Below, piece by piece: positions 1-9,571 of a stretch of DNA of 64,000 bases. This DNA is from a virus. Its lineage: Duplodnaviria; Caudoviricetes. The notes below the pieces were generated by a model. The model saw nothing but the letters and a program-made list of their open reading frames with translations, ran no database searches and was not told the origin of the DNA. The position numbers were made by a program, and so were the translations under genes. Where the stretch lies: the IMG/VR virus record IMGVR_UViG_3300017912_002752; one strand, given 5' to 3'. Every line of letters starts with the position of its first letter. Within the stretch, counting starts at the first letter, position 1.

Positions 1-664
1 ACTTTACAGGACTCATTTCGTTTTGCCATCTTTCATATTCATATCTTGCTGCGTTAATATCTGCTTGATGCATGATATGAGGTAGTGGTGTTTTAAGTGT
101 TTGGTCTTTATTATATGTGATATAATATTTTTTATTATTCTCATCATATAATCCATCAGTAAGTTGAATACCTAACCATTCTTCCTCACTACACTTAACT
201 CCAAAGTGATTTAATAAAAAGAATGTTCTAAGTGTATGGTCCATGTAATTAAGGTTTGGATTTGTTTTATAAATCTTACCTTGATTTTTCACATGCCATT
301 CAGAGTCATTCTTTATGTAAATGTCTTCATCTACTGAACCAAGTTTACCTAAGTCGTGGTGTAGTGCCGTAAATATAATAGACTCTTTTGTAAGTCCTTT
401 CATATCCAATCCCCACTTTTCTTGTAGTTCAAATATACCAAGTGCGTTTCTTGTAACTCTTAGTACATGGTCAATATATCCACCAGGAAATGCATTGTGA
501 TAGTGTTCAACTGATGAAGCTGGTGTATAGATTATTCTTTCTTCAAAATGGTCATACATTTTGTTTAGTGATTCTAATCTCTCACCTTCAAATGTGTTAT
601 TAATTAATTTTCTAAATTTTTCGTAATTGGCTACTAATTCTTCAGCCGTAAAAAAGTTTGTCAT
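1..664 (-). CDS. HD-domain phosphohydrolase (YhaM-like), 3' end runs off the window
   Basis: Manual translation from ATG at 664: ...PASSVEHYHNAFPGGYIDH...ALHHDLGK...MHQAD; open to the window edge and absent from the ORF track. Confidence 0.8.
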   Translation of the reverse strand, partial: MTNFFTAEELVANYEKFRKLINNTFEGERLESLNKMYDHFEERIIYTPASSVEHYHNAFPGGYIDHVLRVTRNALGIFELQEKWGLDMKGLTKESIIFTALHHDLGKLGSVDEDIYIKNDSEWHVKNQGKIYKTNPNLNYMDHTLRTFFLLNHFGVKCSEEEWLGIQLTDGLYDENNKKYYITYNKDQTLKTPLPHIMHQADINAARYEYERWQNEMSPVK

Positions 665-665
665 T

Positions 666-1310
666 TTATATTATTTTATCGATGATTCCAAGTTCTAATG
701 CTTGTTGTGCTGATATGAAGTAATCGTTTGATGAAATGTTTTCCCAATACTCTTTATCTTTCTTGGTACATTCAGCCATCAATTGATTACAATCACTTTC
801 TAACTCTTCGCTAAATTTAGCGTTAGATTTTACATCACTCAATTTACCTACTACTATTGTAGATAATTGGTGTACCATAATCTTAGAGTGTTTGGACGCC
901 ATACGGGATCCTGTTCCACAAGCCAGTAGTAATGCTCCTGCGGACATAGCTGCTCCCCTAACAATGATGTTATATTTGATACCTTGTTTTTCTTGAGACT
1001 TCATAAAGTCTATTAATCCAAGTGTTTCAATTACATCACCGCCTGGTGTGTTAAGTAAAATATTAAATGTCTTAACTTCACCATTTAACTTTGTTAACAA
1101 TCTTGATTTAGCTATAACATCAAATGTCATACCTGATTGGATTTCACCTTCTATAATGATAACATTATCTTTAGTGTCTATTCCATAATCAAAGTGTCTA
1201 AAGTGTTTTCTATCCGGGTCACTATCCGATGACTCAGATACTCCCTTCTCATATCTAACTTCAAGCTCTTCCGCGCTTGTAGTTGATTCATTTCCGTATA
1301 ATTCGTCCAT
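666..1310 (-). CDS. clpP: ClpP-like protease subunit
   Basis: LNTPGG, AAMSAG (catalytic Ser), IMVHQ (His), DYFISAQQALELGIID (Asp). Confidence 0.9.
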   Translation of the reverse strand: MDELYGNESTTSAEELEVRYEKGVSESSDSDPDRKHFRHFDYGIDTKDNVIIIEGEIQSGMTFDVIAKSRLLTKLNGEVKTFNILLNTPGGDVIETLGLIDFMKSQEKQGIKYNIIVRGAAMSAGALLLACGTGSRMASKHSKIMVHQLSTIVVGKLSDVKSNAKFSEELESDCNQLMAECTKKDKEYWENISSNDYFISAQQALELGIIDKII

Positions 1311-1330
1311 ACTTTAAATATATTTTGATA

Positions 1331-1362
1331 CTAATATACAACATTTGTTTGAGAAAACCAAA
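1331..1362 (-). promoter_or_regulatory. Bacteroidota primary-sigma-type promoter for clpP
   Basis: Minus strand TTTGG-N17-TGTATATTAG, matching -33 TTTG / -7 TAnnTTTG. Confidence 0.7.
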
Positions 1363-1377
1363 TGTTTTTATATTTTT

Positions 1378-2526
1378 TTACCCCTTTGCACCAGCCCGTC
1401 TTACAACACTTGTTGTAGGTATTTTAGTTACCGAGGTATAAGTGTGTTTTGGTTTTTCATTGTAAAGTTCTTTTGCATCCTCGTTTGGTACAAATCTTAC
1501 TTCTTGTTTGTCATTATCTCTGGAGAAAGTTGTTGGTGTTTCTTCCACTTCTTCCAAAACTTCTTGTACTTCTTTTTTGTCAACTTTGACTTCTTCTCTT
1601 CTATCAGTTCCCAACTCAACCGAGTCATCTGATAAGTGTTCCCTATCTTCCGTAGTATCGAGAACATTACTTTCATTAATGTCAACATCAATATTGTCAT
1701 TAAGGTTATCGTCAATACTTTCATCTTTTTTTCCTATTAGTTTATTAAGTGCGATTACCATAGCGATTGCTAATGGGTCAAAAACAAATACTATTAATAA
1801 GGTAAACCAATTGACAATTACATCCATTGGTTTCTGAGTTAATTGTGCCATGTACCTGAGTGGTCCTATCTCGGCAGCCACCTCATTGTTTGATTCAATA
1901 TCTAAGACTTGTAATTCAAGTTTGGTAATTGAGTCAGTCAATTGTTCAAGTTTAACATTTATATCTGCTCTTGTGTTTACTGCAGTTTCTAATTCTTTCG
2001 TTAACAATTTTCTTGTTGAGGATGATTGGGTTGTGATTATTCTACCTAAAGTATCTGTATATTGTATCTTATTATTAGAGATACCATTTCTCAAATCAAG
2101 AATAGATTTCGTTAAATTACTTTTTTCTATATTGTAATAATCAAGTTGTTCTTGAAATCGGTCTTTTTTTAACTCAATTACTTTAACTTGTTTTTCTACT
2201 ACACCTAATTGGTCTGCAGTTGTTTGGTATGCTGAAGTTAAAAATCCATATATACCCAATGAGGTAATCACCATCAGTATACCAACGGCAAGTGATAGAT
2301 ACCATTTCATCCAACCTGCCTTTTTCCAATTGTTATGTAGATATGATGCAGTTACAAGTTTTGCTAACTCTAATGCACCTGCCATAATGATAACTTCAAA
2401 CCTTGCGCCTGCGAATAAAGAACTCAGTCCAAATACAGAATAGTATGCTGCTGAACCAGCTACTAAGAAGGTACTTAAAATCATCAATAGGATAAAACCA
2501 TTCGACCTATTAAAAATTTTTTTCAT
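1378..2526 (-). CDS. Membrane protein: three N-terminal TM helices, coiled coil, C-terminal TM, acidic tail
   Basis: Hydrophobic segments; SAAYYSVFGL...ELAKLV and FDPLAI motifs seen in large-phage membrane proteins. Confidence 0.6.
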   Translation of the reverse strand: MKKIFNRSNGFILLMILSTFLVAGSAAYYSVFGLSSLFAGARFEVIIMAGALELAKLVTASYLHNNWKKAGWMKWYLSLAVGILMVITSLGIYGFLTSAYQTTADQLGVVEKQVKVIELKKDRFQEQLDYYNIEKSNLTKSILDLRNGISNNKIQYTDTLGRIITTQSSSTRKLLTKELETAVNTRADINVKLEQLTDSITKLELQVLDIESNNEVAAEIGPLRYMAQLTQKPMDVIVNWFTLLIVFVFDPLAIAMVIALNKLIGKKDESIDDNLNDNIDVDINESNVLDTTEDREHLSDDSVELGTDRREEVKVDKKEVQEVLEEVEETPTTFSRDNDKQEVRFVPNEDAKELYNEKPKHTYTSVTKIPTTSVVRRAGAKG

Positions 2527-2680
2527 TTTTTTTCCTAAAAATTGGTTTTATTAACTTTAAAAATTGTACTTATATACGAACAACTAAGTTGCTAAGTCGC
2601 TAAGCTCCCCCGTACTTAAGTCCTGTATAAATATAAAAATAATATTTAATAAAGTAATAAAAAACAAGCTTTCCCCCTAA

Positions 2681-3592
2681 CTATGCCCTTTTGTGTTTAC
2701 TAAAATTGGAAAGATAATTTAGAACAGTCAGCTCTTTTGCTTTAGCTTCAACCACAATATCAAGGTCATGACCATAAGTATTAATCTCAGAATAAATATA
2801 ATCAGAGTGTGCCTGAGGCTTTGCAGTCTCATCTTCAAGGGTTCTTGATTCAGAATAGTGAACAATTGGTTTGATGTCACCCCATGTAGACATAGCCAAC
2901 TCCAACGCTTCTTGTTCTGTCATATCACCTGTACAAAACTTGTGGTGGTGATAATCAAAGACAATAGGAATACCAATTCTCTCGTGTATATACATTAAGT
3001 CTTTTACTGAATACATACTTGCCTTGTCATCATTCTCAACAGTAAGTCGTGTCTGTACTGATTCGGGCAACCTCTCAAAGTTCTTACAGAATCTATCCAT
3101 CGCCGATTGTTTGTCACCATAAACACCATTACAATGTATATTGATTTTATTGTAAGGAGTTCTACTTAGTCCCATCAAGTCAAATATCTCACCATGAATA
3201 GACAAGTCTCTAATCGTATTGTTTACTACTCGTTCATTTGGTGATACAAGAACATTGAATGGACCAGGATGAGATGTAATCCTTTGACCATACTTTTCTG
3301 CCAGATTCCCTGCACCATTTAGTAAGATAGAAATCTTACGATAGTCAGGCATTGAACTAAGAGAAAACTCTGAAGCCCATGGAATCAAATCAGAAGTCAT
3401 ACGGAATAGTTTGAATCCATTCTTATGATTCCACTTGATAATCTCAATAAGGTCTCTGGTGTTTTGTAATGCGAGGTCTGATGACCTTGTGATTCCTTCT
3501 TTAAGGAAAGTTCGTTTTATCATACTACGATTTGTAGTAATCTTATCTTTGCGTAGTGTCATATTGATACACGCGTAACCTAAGTTTGTCAT
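2681..3592 (-). CDS. uvsE: UV DNA damage endonuclease
   Basis: LGYACIN, FRMTSDLIPW, SHPGPFNVL, LTVENDD, FDYHHH, HYSES, EAKAKE. Confidence 0.95.
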   Translation of the reverse strand: MTNLGYACINMTLRKDKITTNRSMIKRTFLKEGITRSSDLALQNTRDLIEIIKWNHKNGFKLFRMTSDLIPWASEFSLSSMPDYRKISILLNGAGNLAEKYGQRITSHPGPFNVLVSPNERVVNNTIRDLSIHGEIFDLMGLSRTPYNKINIHCNGVYGDKQSAMDRFCKNFERLPESVQTRLTVENDDKASMYSVKDLMYIHERIGIPIVFDYHHHKFCTGDMTEQEALELAMSTWGDIKPIVHYSESRTLEDETAKPQAHSDYIYSEINTYGHDLDIVVEAKAKELTVLNYLSNFSKHKRA

Positions 3593-3613
3593 TTTTTACT
3601 ATTTAATCTATTA

Positions 3614-3645
3614 CTAATATACAAAATTTTTTACAAATATCCAAA
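3614..3645 (-). promoter_or_regulatory. Bacteroidota-type promoter for uvsE
   Basis: TTTGG-N17-TGTATATTAG on the minus strand. Confidence 0.7.
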
Positions 3646-3646
3646 T

Positions 3647-4117
3647 TTAAAAGTCACCATCTGCGACTTGAAAACAAGAGATACCATTCGCTCTCCACAT
3701 ATCAACGACTTTGTTTCTGTCATCGAATGTACAAAGAACATTATCTTTACCAATGTCGTTTAACCAATCTTGTTTTAGGACATCATCAGGAGTAAAATCC
3801 TTAAGAGGTCTCATAAACAATCTATGCCACGGAACATTGTGTTTGTTCAACCATTGTTTAGTTGTATGAATAGTACCTTTACTTCTACCACTAAATATCA
3901 CAATCTGATGACCACTATCACACAATGATTGTGCCATTTTAATTACAGGTACATTTGGTTTATCCAAACTAATATTTTTAGGGTCAAAGAATTTGTCCCA
4001 ATCTAACTTACCATTTGGTTTAGTAGAAATCTTTCTCCTATCATCGATAAGAGCAAGAGTACCATCTAAATCAAAGATTACTATTTTAAATTTTTGTGGT
4101 GGAAGGTTTACACTCAT
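3647..4117 (-). CDS. HAD-family phosphatase, similar to the 3'-phosphatase domain of polynucleotide kinase (PseT)
   Basis: FDLDGTL, FSGR, LFMRP, FDDRNKVVDMWR. Confidence 0.85.
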   Translation of the reverse strand: MSVNLPPQKFKIVIFDLDGTLALIDDRRKISTKPNGKLDWDKFFDPKNISLDKPNVPVIKMAQSLCDSGHQIVIFSGRSKGTIHTTKQWLNKHNVPWHRLFMRPLKDFTPDDVLKQDWLNDIGKDNVLCTFDDRNKVVDMWRANGISCFQVADGDF

Positions 4118-4138
4118 ATCTTAATTATTATTACATAA

Positions 4139-4194
4139 TAAAGATAACAAAAAAAGGGGACTTTTCCAAGTCCCCTATGTTAAATTTATGTTAA
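4139..4194 (-). promoter_or_regulatory. Promoter with upstream TTAACA-N5-TTAACA repeat
   Basis: -7 TATCTTTA 4139-4146, CTTGG 4166-4170, TTAACA at 4178-4183 and 4189-4194. Confidence 0.7.
4149..4176 (-). terminator. Intrinsic terminator overlapping the downstream promoter
   Basis: AGGGGACTT-GGAA-AAGTCCCCT followed by a T run on the minus strand. Confidence 0.75.
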
Positions 4195-4201
4195 ATTTTT
4201 G

Positions 4202-4405
4202 CTATAACTCTTCGTACTCTACATCCGTAACTTCTTGTAAAAAATAGTAAAAACCATCACTTCCTCTGAGTACTAAGTCGCAGTTAAGATGTTCTTTCCA
4301 TGTAGAGATAATTGGTCTTTCTTGTTCATGGATTTTTCTTATGATTAAGTATAATGTATCATTGTGTTGTAACTTCTTGTATCTAAACCACGAGTATGCA
4401 GACAT
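4202..4405 (-). CDS. Hypothetical protein
   Basis: ORF track; fits gene packing. Confidence 0.6.
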   Translation of the reverse strand: MSAYSWFRYKKLQHNDTLYLIIRKIHEQERPIISTWKEHLNCDLVLRGSDGFYYFLQEVTDVEYEEL

Positions 4406-4410
4406 CTAAC

Positions 4411-4761
4411 CTATTTAACTTTTACTGTAATGTTTTTTGCTTTTCTATCTTCATACTTTGGAATCTCAATGTTAAGTAAACCATCTTTACAGATAGCTGA
4501 TGTAGAACCTAAGTCAAAAGACTCGTGAATCTTATACTTTCTTTCAAGTTTACGATTCTCTTTTTCTGCTTTGATTAAAAGGAATCTATCCTCAACCTTA
4601 ACATCGACATCCTTGTTTGATAAACCTGGCACTTCTAACTCAATCTTTAAGACATCATCCTTAATATAAGATGTAGGTGATGAAATACTTCTTGTGTCAT
4701 TGTCCCAATTCAGCATTGAATCAAACACAGTATCAAAATTTGAATAAAATAAATTTGTCAT
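4411..4761 (-). CDS. Small heat shock protein (Hsp20/alpha-crystallin)
   Basis: IELEVPGLSNKDVDVKVEDRFLLIKA ... AICKDGLLNIEIPK. Confidence 0.9.
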   Translation of the reverse strand: MTNLFYSNFDTVFDSMLNWDNDTRSISSPTSYIKDDVLKIELEVPGLSNKDVDVKVEDRFLLIKAEKENRKLERKYKIHESFDLGSTSAICKDGLLNIEIPKYEDRKAKNITVKVK

Positions 4762-4800
4762 AATAATCCTTTTTTAATTAATATCTTTGATTATTATAGT

Positions 4801-4862
4801 ACCAAATCCGTACCATCGAGTGTTTTATGAAATTATGTCAGTATTTGTATGACATTTTGTCA
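4801..4862 (-). promoter_or_regulatory. Sigma54-like promoter plus two TGACA-N3-TGTCA palindromes upstream of hsp20
   Basis: TGGTACGGATTTGGT (4801-4815, minus strand); palindromes at 4828-4840 (one mismatch) and 4850-4862. Confidence 0.5.
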
Positions 4863-5246
4863 GTTTAGTGACAAAGGTGACCCATGTTTTATGACACGAT
4901 ATTGTCTTGTATCTTCAAATGAATCCTCAAGCTCTAAGATTAGACCATCCATAACAAACATTTTGATTGTGTCGTCCATCATTTTATGATTGGGACAAGT
5001 AATCCAAAGATGTTCTAAATCAAGAATTACATTTATCTTGGTTGTTATGTGTTGTGATTGTTCTTCAAAAGCGTTTTCTTCAAACATAGGAGTGTCTTCG
5101 AGGTCCTCTTCATATTCCTCACCGAACTCACCATAAAGATAATCGTGTAGATAATAGACCTTAGTCATATCATCTAAACTCATGAAGTAATTGTATTCTG
5201 CTTCATCCCACGCCATGATATCCCCTTTACTATAAGTATCTCTCAT
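4860..5246 (-). CDS. Hypothetical acidic protein
   Basis: ORF track. Confidence 0.6.
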   Translation of the reverse strand: MRDTYSKGDIMAWDEAEYNYFMSLDDMTKVYYLHDYLYGEFGEEYEEDLEDTPMFEENAFEEQSQHITTKINVILDLEHLWITCPNHKMMDDTIKMFVMDGLILELEDSFEDTRQYRVIKHGSPLSLN

Positions 5247-5674
5247 GGTTTATCTTTCCACAATTTATTTAGATATTCTAAACCCTCTATGTTTATAATG
5301 GTATTATCAGCTTTTACAAAATCTAAAAATATATCGATTATTGTAATTTTAAACTCACTGGTAAACTTATCCCTCATCTGGTTTAGTTTAGCGCCCATGT
5401 TAACAACATAGTTTGTATTAGGCGCCTGTTCTGAATCTATAAGTGAATGTATTTTATTTTTAGCGATTGTGAAGTAAGGTTCTTTCTTTGCTACGATAAC
5501 ATCACGAACTGATGCAATATAAGTTTCTAAGTCTGACTTATCACCAAGGGTATCATCAGCCAACATATCAAATATATCACTTGAAGCAAACTCCAAGTAA
5601 TACTTGTCTTTGTATCGATAGTTCATTAGACTATCGTCATAGAAGTCTTGTATGTCTAAGTGTTTATCGTTCAC
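5243..5674 (-). CDS. Hypothetical protein
   Basis: ORF track; 4-nt overlap with the next gene. Confidence 0.6.
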   Translation of the reverse strand: MNDKHLDIQDFYDDSLMNYRYKDKYYLEFASSDIFDMLADDTLGDKSDLETYIASVRDVIVAKKEPYFTIAKNKIHSLIDSEQAPNTNYVVNMGAKLNQMRDKFTSEFKITIIDIFLDFVKADNTIINIEGLEYLNKLWKDKP

Positions 5675-5680
5675 TAACGA

Positions 5681-5983
5681 TTATGTTTGTAGTCCTAATC
5701 TATATTTTTTCTTTGCCAAATCAACGGCTTCAAAACAAGTCATTCCTAACTTATTTAATTCAGCCATTGTTACCTCAAATTCTTTTCCACCGATTTGTAT
5801 GTACCCTACCTTAGTAGCACTATGTGGATGTTCTGAAAAACTAAATTGTTCGTGAATTCTGAAGTCTAAAGAGTTATATAGATTTCCATATCTTTTTTGA
5901 TTTCGTTCCTGTCTTTCTTTAGGAACACCAAATGAGTGGTTCACATTACCATGTCTCATTTTTACTTTATTATACTTTTTCAT
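5681..5983 (-). CDS. Hypothetical protein
   Basis: ORF track; TATTTAT motif upstream. Confidence 0.6.
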   Translation of the reverse strand: MKKYNKVKMRHGNVNHSFGVPKERQERNQKRYGNLYNSLDFRIHEQFSFSEHPHSATKVGYIQIGGKEFEVTMAELNKLGMTCFEAVDLAKKKYRLGLQT

Positions 5984-6037
5984 AAGTAACTAATTTTGGT
6001 TATATACCAATAAATAGTTTTCTTAATGCTAATAAAG

Positions 6038-6340
6038 TTAATTTTTCTTACGATTTCTTCGAGAAATTCTATCAAACTTTTTTTCATCAAATGCCATATC
6101 GTGTTTCATTGGATGTGTTCGGTTGAAGTTCTGTTCTATTTGACACGACCTACTCGCCCAATACCATGCATCATATGCTTTAGATTGTGGTGGGATGAAT
6201 AACTCTTCACCCACCACAGTTCCAACTCCACTTGATATGTAGAACAACCCATCGTTGTTCATTTGAATTTTTGCTTTAGGATATCTTTTCCTAACTTTTC
6301 TTTGGAAGGATTTAAACTTCCTCGCTTGAATTTTGTCCAT
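6038..6340 (-). CDS. Hypothetical basic protein
   Basis: ORF track. Confidence 0.6.
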   Translation of the reverse strand: MDKIQARKFKSFQRKVRKRYPKAKIQMNNDGLFYISSGVGTVVGEELFIPPQSKAYDAWYWASRSCQIEQNFNRTHPMKHDMAFDEKKFDRISRRNRKKN

Positions 6341-6551
6341 CTAATTTCTTTTTTAAATGTTTGGTTAGGCCTTTATGAATATGACAGGTGGATAGTTCTT
6401 TATTTACAGAACATCTTTCAACCTTCTTTCCATTCTCAAGTAGTACTTCGTACACCAACCCTCTTTTCAATCTTGTTCTGTTTGTCACCTTACCTACTCT
6501 AAAAAGGCCGTTTACTTTTACAATAATGTCATCACCTTTTTCGAATACCAT
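6312..6551 (-). CDS. Hypothetical protein, possibly SH3/KOW-like
   Basis: FEKGDDIIVKV...GKV...YEVLLENG pattern. Confidence 0.55.
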   Translation of the reverse strand: MVFEKGDDIIVKVNGLFRVGKVTNRTRLKRGLVYEVLLENGKKVERCSVNKELSTCHIHKGLTKHLKKKLDGQNSSEEV

Positions 6552-6552
6552 A

Positions 6553-6753
6553 TTACTTAATTACTTTAATGATTTTAGTCTCTATTACAGACCCTACTTC
6601 AAATTCAATTCCTGAACCCTCGAAATCCTTTGTAACTTTTACCTCTGCGTCTGTCACAGATACTGCGTTAACCACATATTGTTCTGTTAACTTCTTCACC
6701 TTACCTTTGTCATCAGTATGATGTACTTTTACTTTTGCGATGTAATACTTCAT
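6553..6753 (-). CDS. DUF4494-family protein
   Basis: GKVKKLTEQYVVNAVSVTDAE resembles Bacteroidota DUF4494. Confidence 0.7.
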   Translation of the reverse strand: MKYYIAKVKVHHTDDKGKVKKLTEQYVVNAVSVTDAEVKVTKDFEGSGIEFEVGSVIETKIIKVIK

Positions 6754-6762
6754 AATTTACTT

Positions 6763-6978
6763 TTAATAATTTAACATTTGACTTAACTCATGTTCAGTTA
6801 CAAGTTTGTACTGACCATTAGGACCATTGTCATGATAGTCCTCAGAAATAGTGTGATAGTATTGTATATACTCCTCACCATTATATTGTTTACCAGCAGG
6901 TATAACTACAATACAGAAGTTGTCACCTTGGTCTTGGTAGGAAATTACTTCCCTTTTAAATTCTTTATAATTCGCCAT
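6763..6978 (-). CDS. Hypothetical protein
   Basis: ORF track. Confidence 0.55.
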   Translation of the reverse strand: MANYKEFKREVISYQDQGDNFCIVVIPAGKQYNGEEYIQYYHTISEDYHDNGPNGQYKLVTEHELSQMLNY

Positions 6979-7297
6979 TTTTAAATTTATTTATTAATGT
7001 TCCTAAATCTCTACCCTTTTTGGTAGGTTTGTATGCCAACTTTCCATCTTCGTTTACATACATTGAAATAAGTTCTTTATCCAACAATCCCAACAGAGCA
7101 TCATCAACTTCATATTGTTGGTACTTTCTATATGCTTTAAGAATAACATCAGACAAGAAATCAATACTTGATGATTTCCGTAAACCCTCTCTGACAAAGT
7201 CTTCCATTAATTCCCAATCGGTGATATCAAAAACACCTTTTAGTTCTTTACAAATTTGTTTTGTCAACTCGTTTAGTTCTGATTTATTCCACTCCAT
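6965..7297 (-). CDS. Hypothetical protein with winged-helix-like C-terminus
   Basis: LLDKELI...GKLAYKPTKKG pattern. Confidence 0.55.
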   Translation of the reverse strand: MEWNKSELNELTKQICKELKGVFDITDWELMEDFVREGLRKSSSIDFLSDVILKAYRKYQQYEVDDALLGLLDKELISMYVNEDGKLAYKPTKKGRDLGTLINKFKNGEL

Positions 7298-7298
7298 A

Positions 7299-7490
7299 TT
7301 AAAACTTTTCTCTTAATTCTTTTTCTACTTGTTTATCCAATTCGTCAAGATAATCCACAGATTCAACTGAACCAATTATTGCATCATATCTTTTGTGTTT
7401 GTAAATACCCACTACATATTCTGCACCCCACTCTTCTACTTTTTTCTTGAGGTCTTGTATCTCTGGTAAATGTACTTTATTGAATCCCAT
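7299..7490 (-). CDS. Hypothetical protein
   Basis: ORF track. Confidence 0.55.
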   Translation of the reverse strand: MGFNKVHLPEIQDLKKKVEEWGAEYVVGIYKHKRYDAIIGSVESVDYLDELDKQVEKELREKF

Positions 7491-7755
7491 CTTTTTTATT
7501 CCAAATTGATTGTTCGTTTTCTTTTCCTAACTTCTTAATTTCTTCCCATCTTTTTTGGGAAATCTCTTCACCTCTACTGGCTGCATCAAGAAAGTTTATC
7601 TTTTTCAACTCATGTGTATTTAAAGGTCTTACTTTTGTTTTGAGATATTCTGTTTTAGAATCTAAGTATTCCAAAAACATATCAAAATCATATGCAGCTA
7701 TCTTGTCAAGTTGTTCGTCTGTTAACGGATTGTCGGGGTCGTACTTTAGGTTCAT
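7477..7755 (-). CDS. Hypothetical protein
   Basis: ORF track; promoter motif at 7761-7792. Confidence 0.6.
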   Translation of the reverse strand: MNLKYDPDNPLTDEQLDKIAAYDFDMFLEYLDSKTEYLKTKVRPLNTHELKKINFLDAASRGEEISQKRWEEIKKLGKENEQSIWNKKDGIQ

Positions 7756-7779
7756 ATCTTTAAATATACAAAAAATTTA

Positions 7780-8214
7780 TTAATTTACCAAACTTTGTCT
7801 CTTCAATCTTTCGATTAGATAAAACTCGTACAACTCTTCTACATCCATCAATCTACTATTCATAGCTTTATCCCAAAGACAAAATCCAAACTCTTTTTCT
7901 AATTCTTTTTTTAAACTGGCTAATATCTTAAGTTCGTCTCGGTGTCCTTCTTCTGCCAATTTGTTTGCTCTAACATTCTTTAGATAGGTCTTTTGTCTTG
8001 CTTCATATTCATATCCCCAATAATCACCACCATCAGGACACTTACTCATTATCTCATTGTAGAGGTCAGAAGACTGCTTTCTCGCAGCCTTCTCCTCTGA
8101 GTAATAATGAGAGTAATCGAAATCACCATTGTTAATTCTTTCTATCAAGGGTTTCTTGACTGATAGTTTTTTCTTCCTACCATTGGTCCACCATCTGAAC
8201 TTATTGTATCCCAT
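7780..8214 (-). CDS. Hypothetical protein
   Basis: ORF track. Confidence 0.6.
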   Translation of the reverse strand: MGYNKFRWWTNGRKKKLSVKKPLIERINNGDFDYSHYYSEEKAARKQSSDLYNEIMSKCPDGGDYWGYEYEARQKTYLKNVRANKLAEEGHRDELKILASLKKELEKEFGFCLWDKAMNSRLMDVEELYEFYLIERLKRQSLVN

Positions 8215-8217
8215 ATC

Positions 8218-9474
8218 TTAGTAAGGTTGTTCTACATCTTCGGTGTTAAACAAATCCTCATTCTCTGGAACTTCACCTAAGAACTTTTGGATGAATTGTT
8301 TCATATAAACTCTTTCAGATTGAGCACCACCACTTTGGTCGAACATTGGGTAGATTGTAATCTCAGCAGCTTCACCTAAATTGAAACCATCATAGAGTAG
8401 AGAACCAATCTCAACTGCCGTTCTCGTAGATAAAGCGTTACTTAACTTAGGAGTCTCAGACATCAAGTCAGCTCTTGTCATCGAAGTAATCTCAGCGACA
8501 TTGTCGATGATGTCTTTATCAACTGAAGGATACATCATCTGAAGTAACTCAGACTCTTCGTCCTTAGTTAGAGTGTCCATTTCGATAACAGTAAATCTGT
8601 CTAACATCGCTCTATCGAGAGCTCTTGTAGCGGTGTACTCATTACCGATGTTTGCTGATGCGATGAAGGAAACACCTTCAGCAACTTTGACAACAGGAGC
8701 GTCAGCGGCTTCATCCAATCTTAGGTATCTCTGACCTTGGTCAAGAACCGTCATCAGAATGTTGTGAGCCTCAGGGTGAGCTCTCGTCAACTCATCAAGG
8801 ATGACAACAGTATTAGGAGTTTGAATCGCTTTAACAAAAGGTGAAGTATTGAATACCGTACCCTTCTTGGAATCAAACTGAGTGTTACCAATTAGAGTTG
8901 TTCTTGGGTCTTGAGTAGAACCCAAGTTAATAATAAAGGTGTTGTAACCTTCGAGTGAATTTGCAGCCGCTTTAGCCGCCATAGTTTTACCACAACCAGC
9001 TGGGCCAGTCATCATAATGTTTTTACCTCTAAGAATGTTTCTCACTAAGTACTTCCACTTAAGAGACTTCATGAACAACATTTTAGGTTTTAGACCTTCA
9101 GACTTTTCGTGAATGAAACTAAGAACATCTGAAGTCATTTCAGAAGTCGCTGGTTGAACGACTTGAGGTTTGTACTCAAGAGCGACAAGACCACCATTAG
9201 GTGCGGTGAAGTTACCAACTGGCTCAGGGTTTTGTTCTACCTTAGCTGCTGGAACTCTTGTGAAGTCTATCTTACCATCTGATAGTCTACCACTAACTCT
9301 GACCTTGAATCCATACTTGTCAGGTCTTTTAAACGATTGTCTAACTCTCTTGAAAAGGTTAGTACCTTCTTCATTGAATTCAGGAATCAAGAATTGTTTT
9401 CCTGCCGAATCCTCAAATAGAAACTTGCCCTCAACTTGGACAATCTTTCCGAATACTGATTTTTGTGCTTTCAT
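8218..9474 (-). CDS. MoxR-family AAA+ ATPase (CbbQ/NirQ/NorQ/CobS-like)
   Basis: Walker A GPAGCGKT, Walker B VILDELTRA, FIASAN, LDRAMLDRF, LSTR. Confidence 0.9.
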   Translation of the reverse strand: MKAQKSVFGKIVQVEGKFLFEDSAGKQFLIPEFNEEGTNLFKRVRQSFKRPDKYGFKVRVSGRLSDGKIDFTRVPAAKVEQNPEPVGNFTAPNGGLVALEYKPQVVQPATSEMTSDVLSFIHEKSEGLKPKMLFMKSLKWKYLVRNILRGKNIMMTGPAGCGKTMAAKAAANSLEGYNTFIINLGSTQDPRTTLIGNTQFDSKKGTVFNTSPFVKAIQTPNTVVILDELTRAHPEAHNILMTVLDQGQRYLRLDEAADAPVVKVAEGVSFIASANIGNEYTATRALDRAMLDRFTVIEMDTLTKDEESELLQMMYPSVDKDIIDNVAEITSMTRADLMSETPKLSNALSTRTAVEIGSLLYDGFNLGEAAEITIYPMFDQSGGAQSERVYMKQFIQKFLGEVPENEDLFNTEDVEQPY

Positions 9475-9515
9475 AAATTTACTATTTAATTTTTACTCTT
9501 TTAATTATTACTCTA

Positions 9516-9571
9516 TAAAGATAGTGAATTAGGTTCACAACTCCAAATTTTTAATGTTAAATAATTGTTAA
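9516..9571 (-). promoter_or_regulatory. Promoter with TTAACA-N5-TTAACA repeat
   Basis: TATCTTTA 9516-9523, TTTGG 9543-9547, TTAACA 9555-9560 and 9566-9571. Confidence 0.75.

Noticed and set aside
2541-2625. Possible antisense promoter and (G)CTAAG mini-repeats
   Set aside because: The spacer is 2 nt longer than in the other promoters and the repeats are too short to separate from chance
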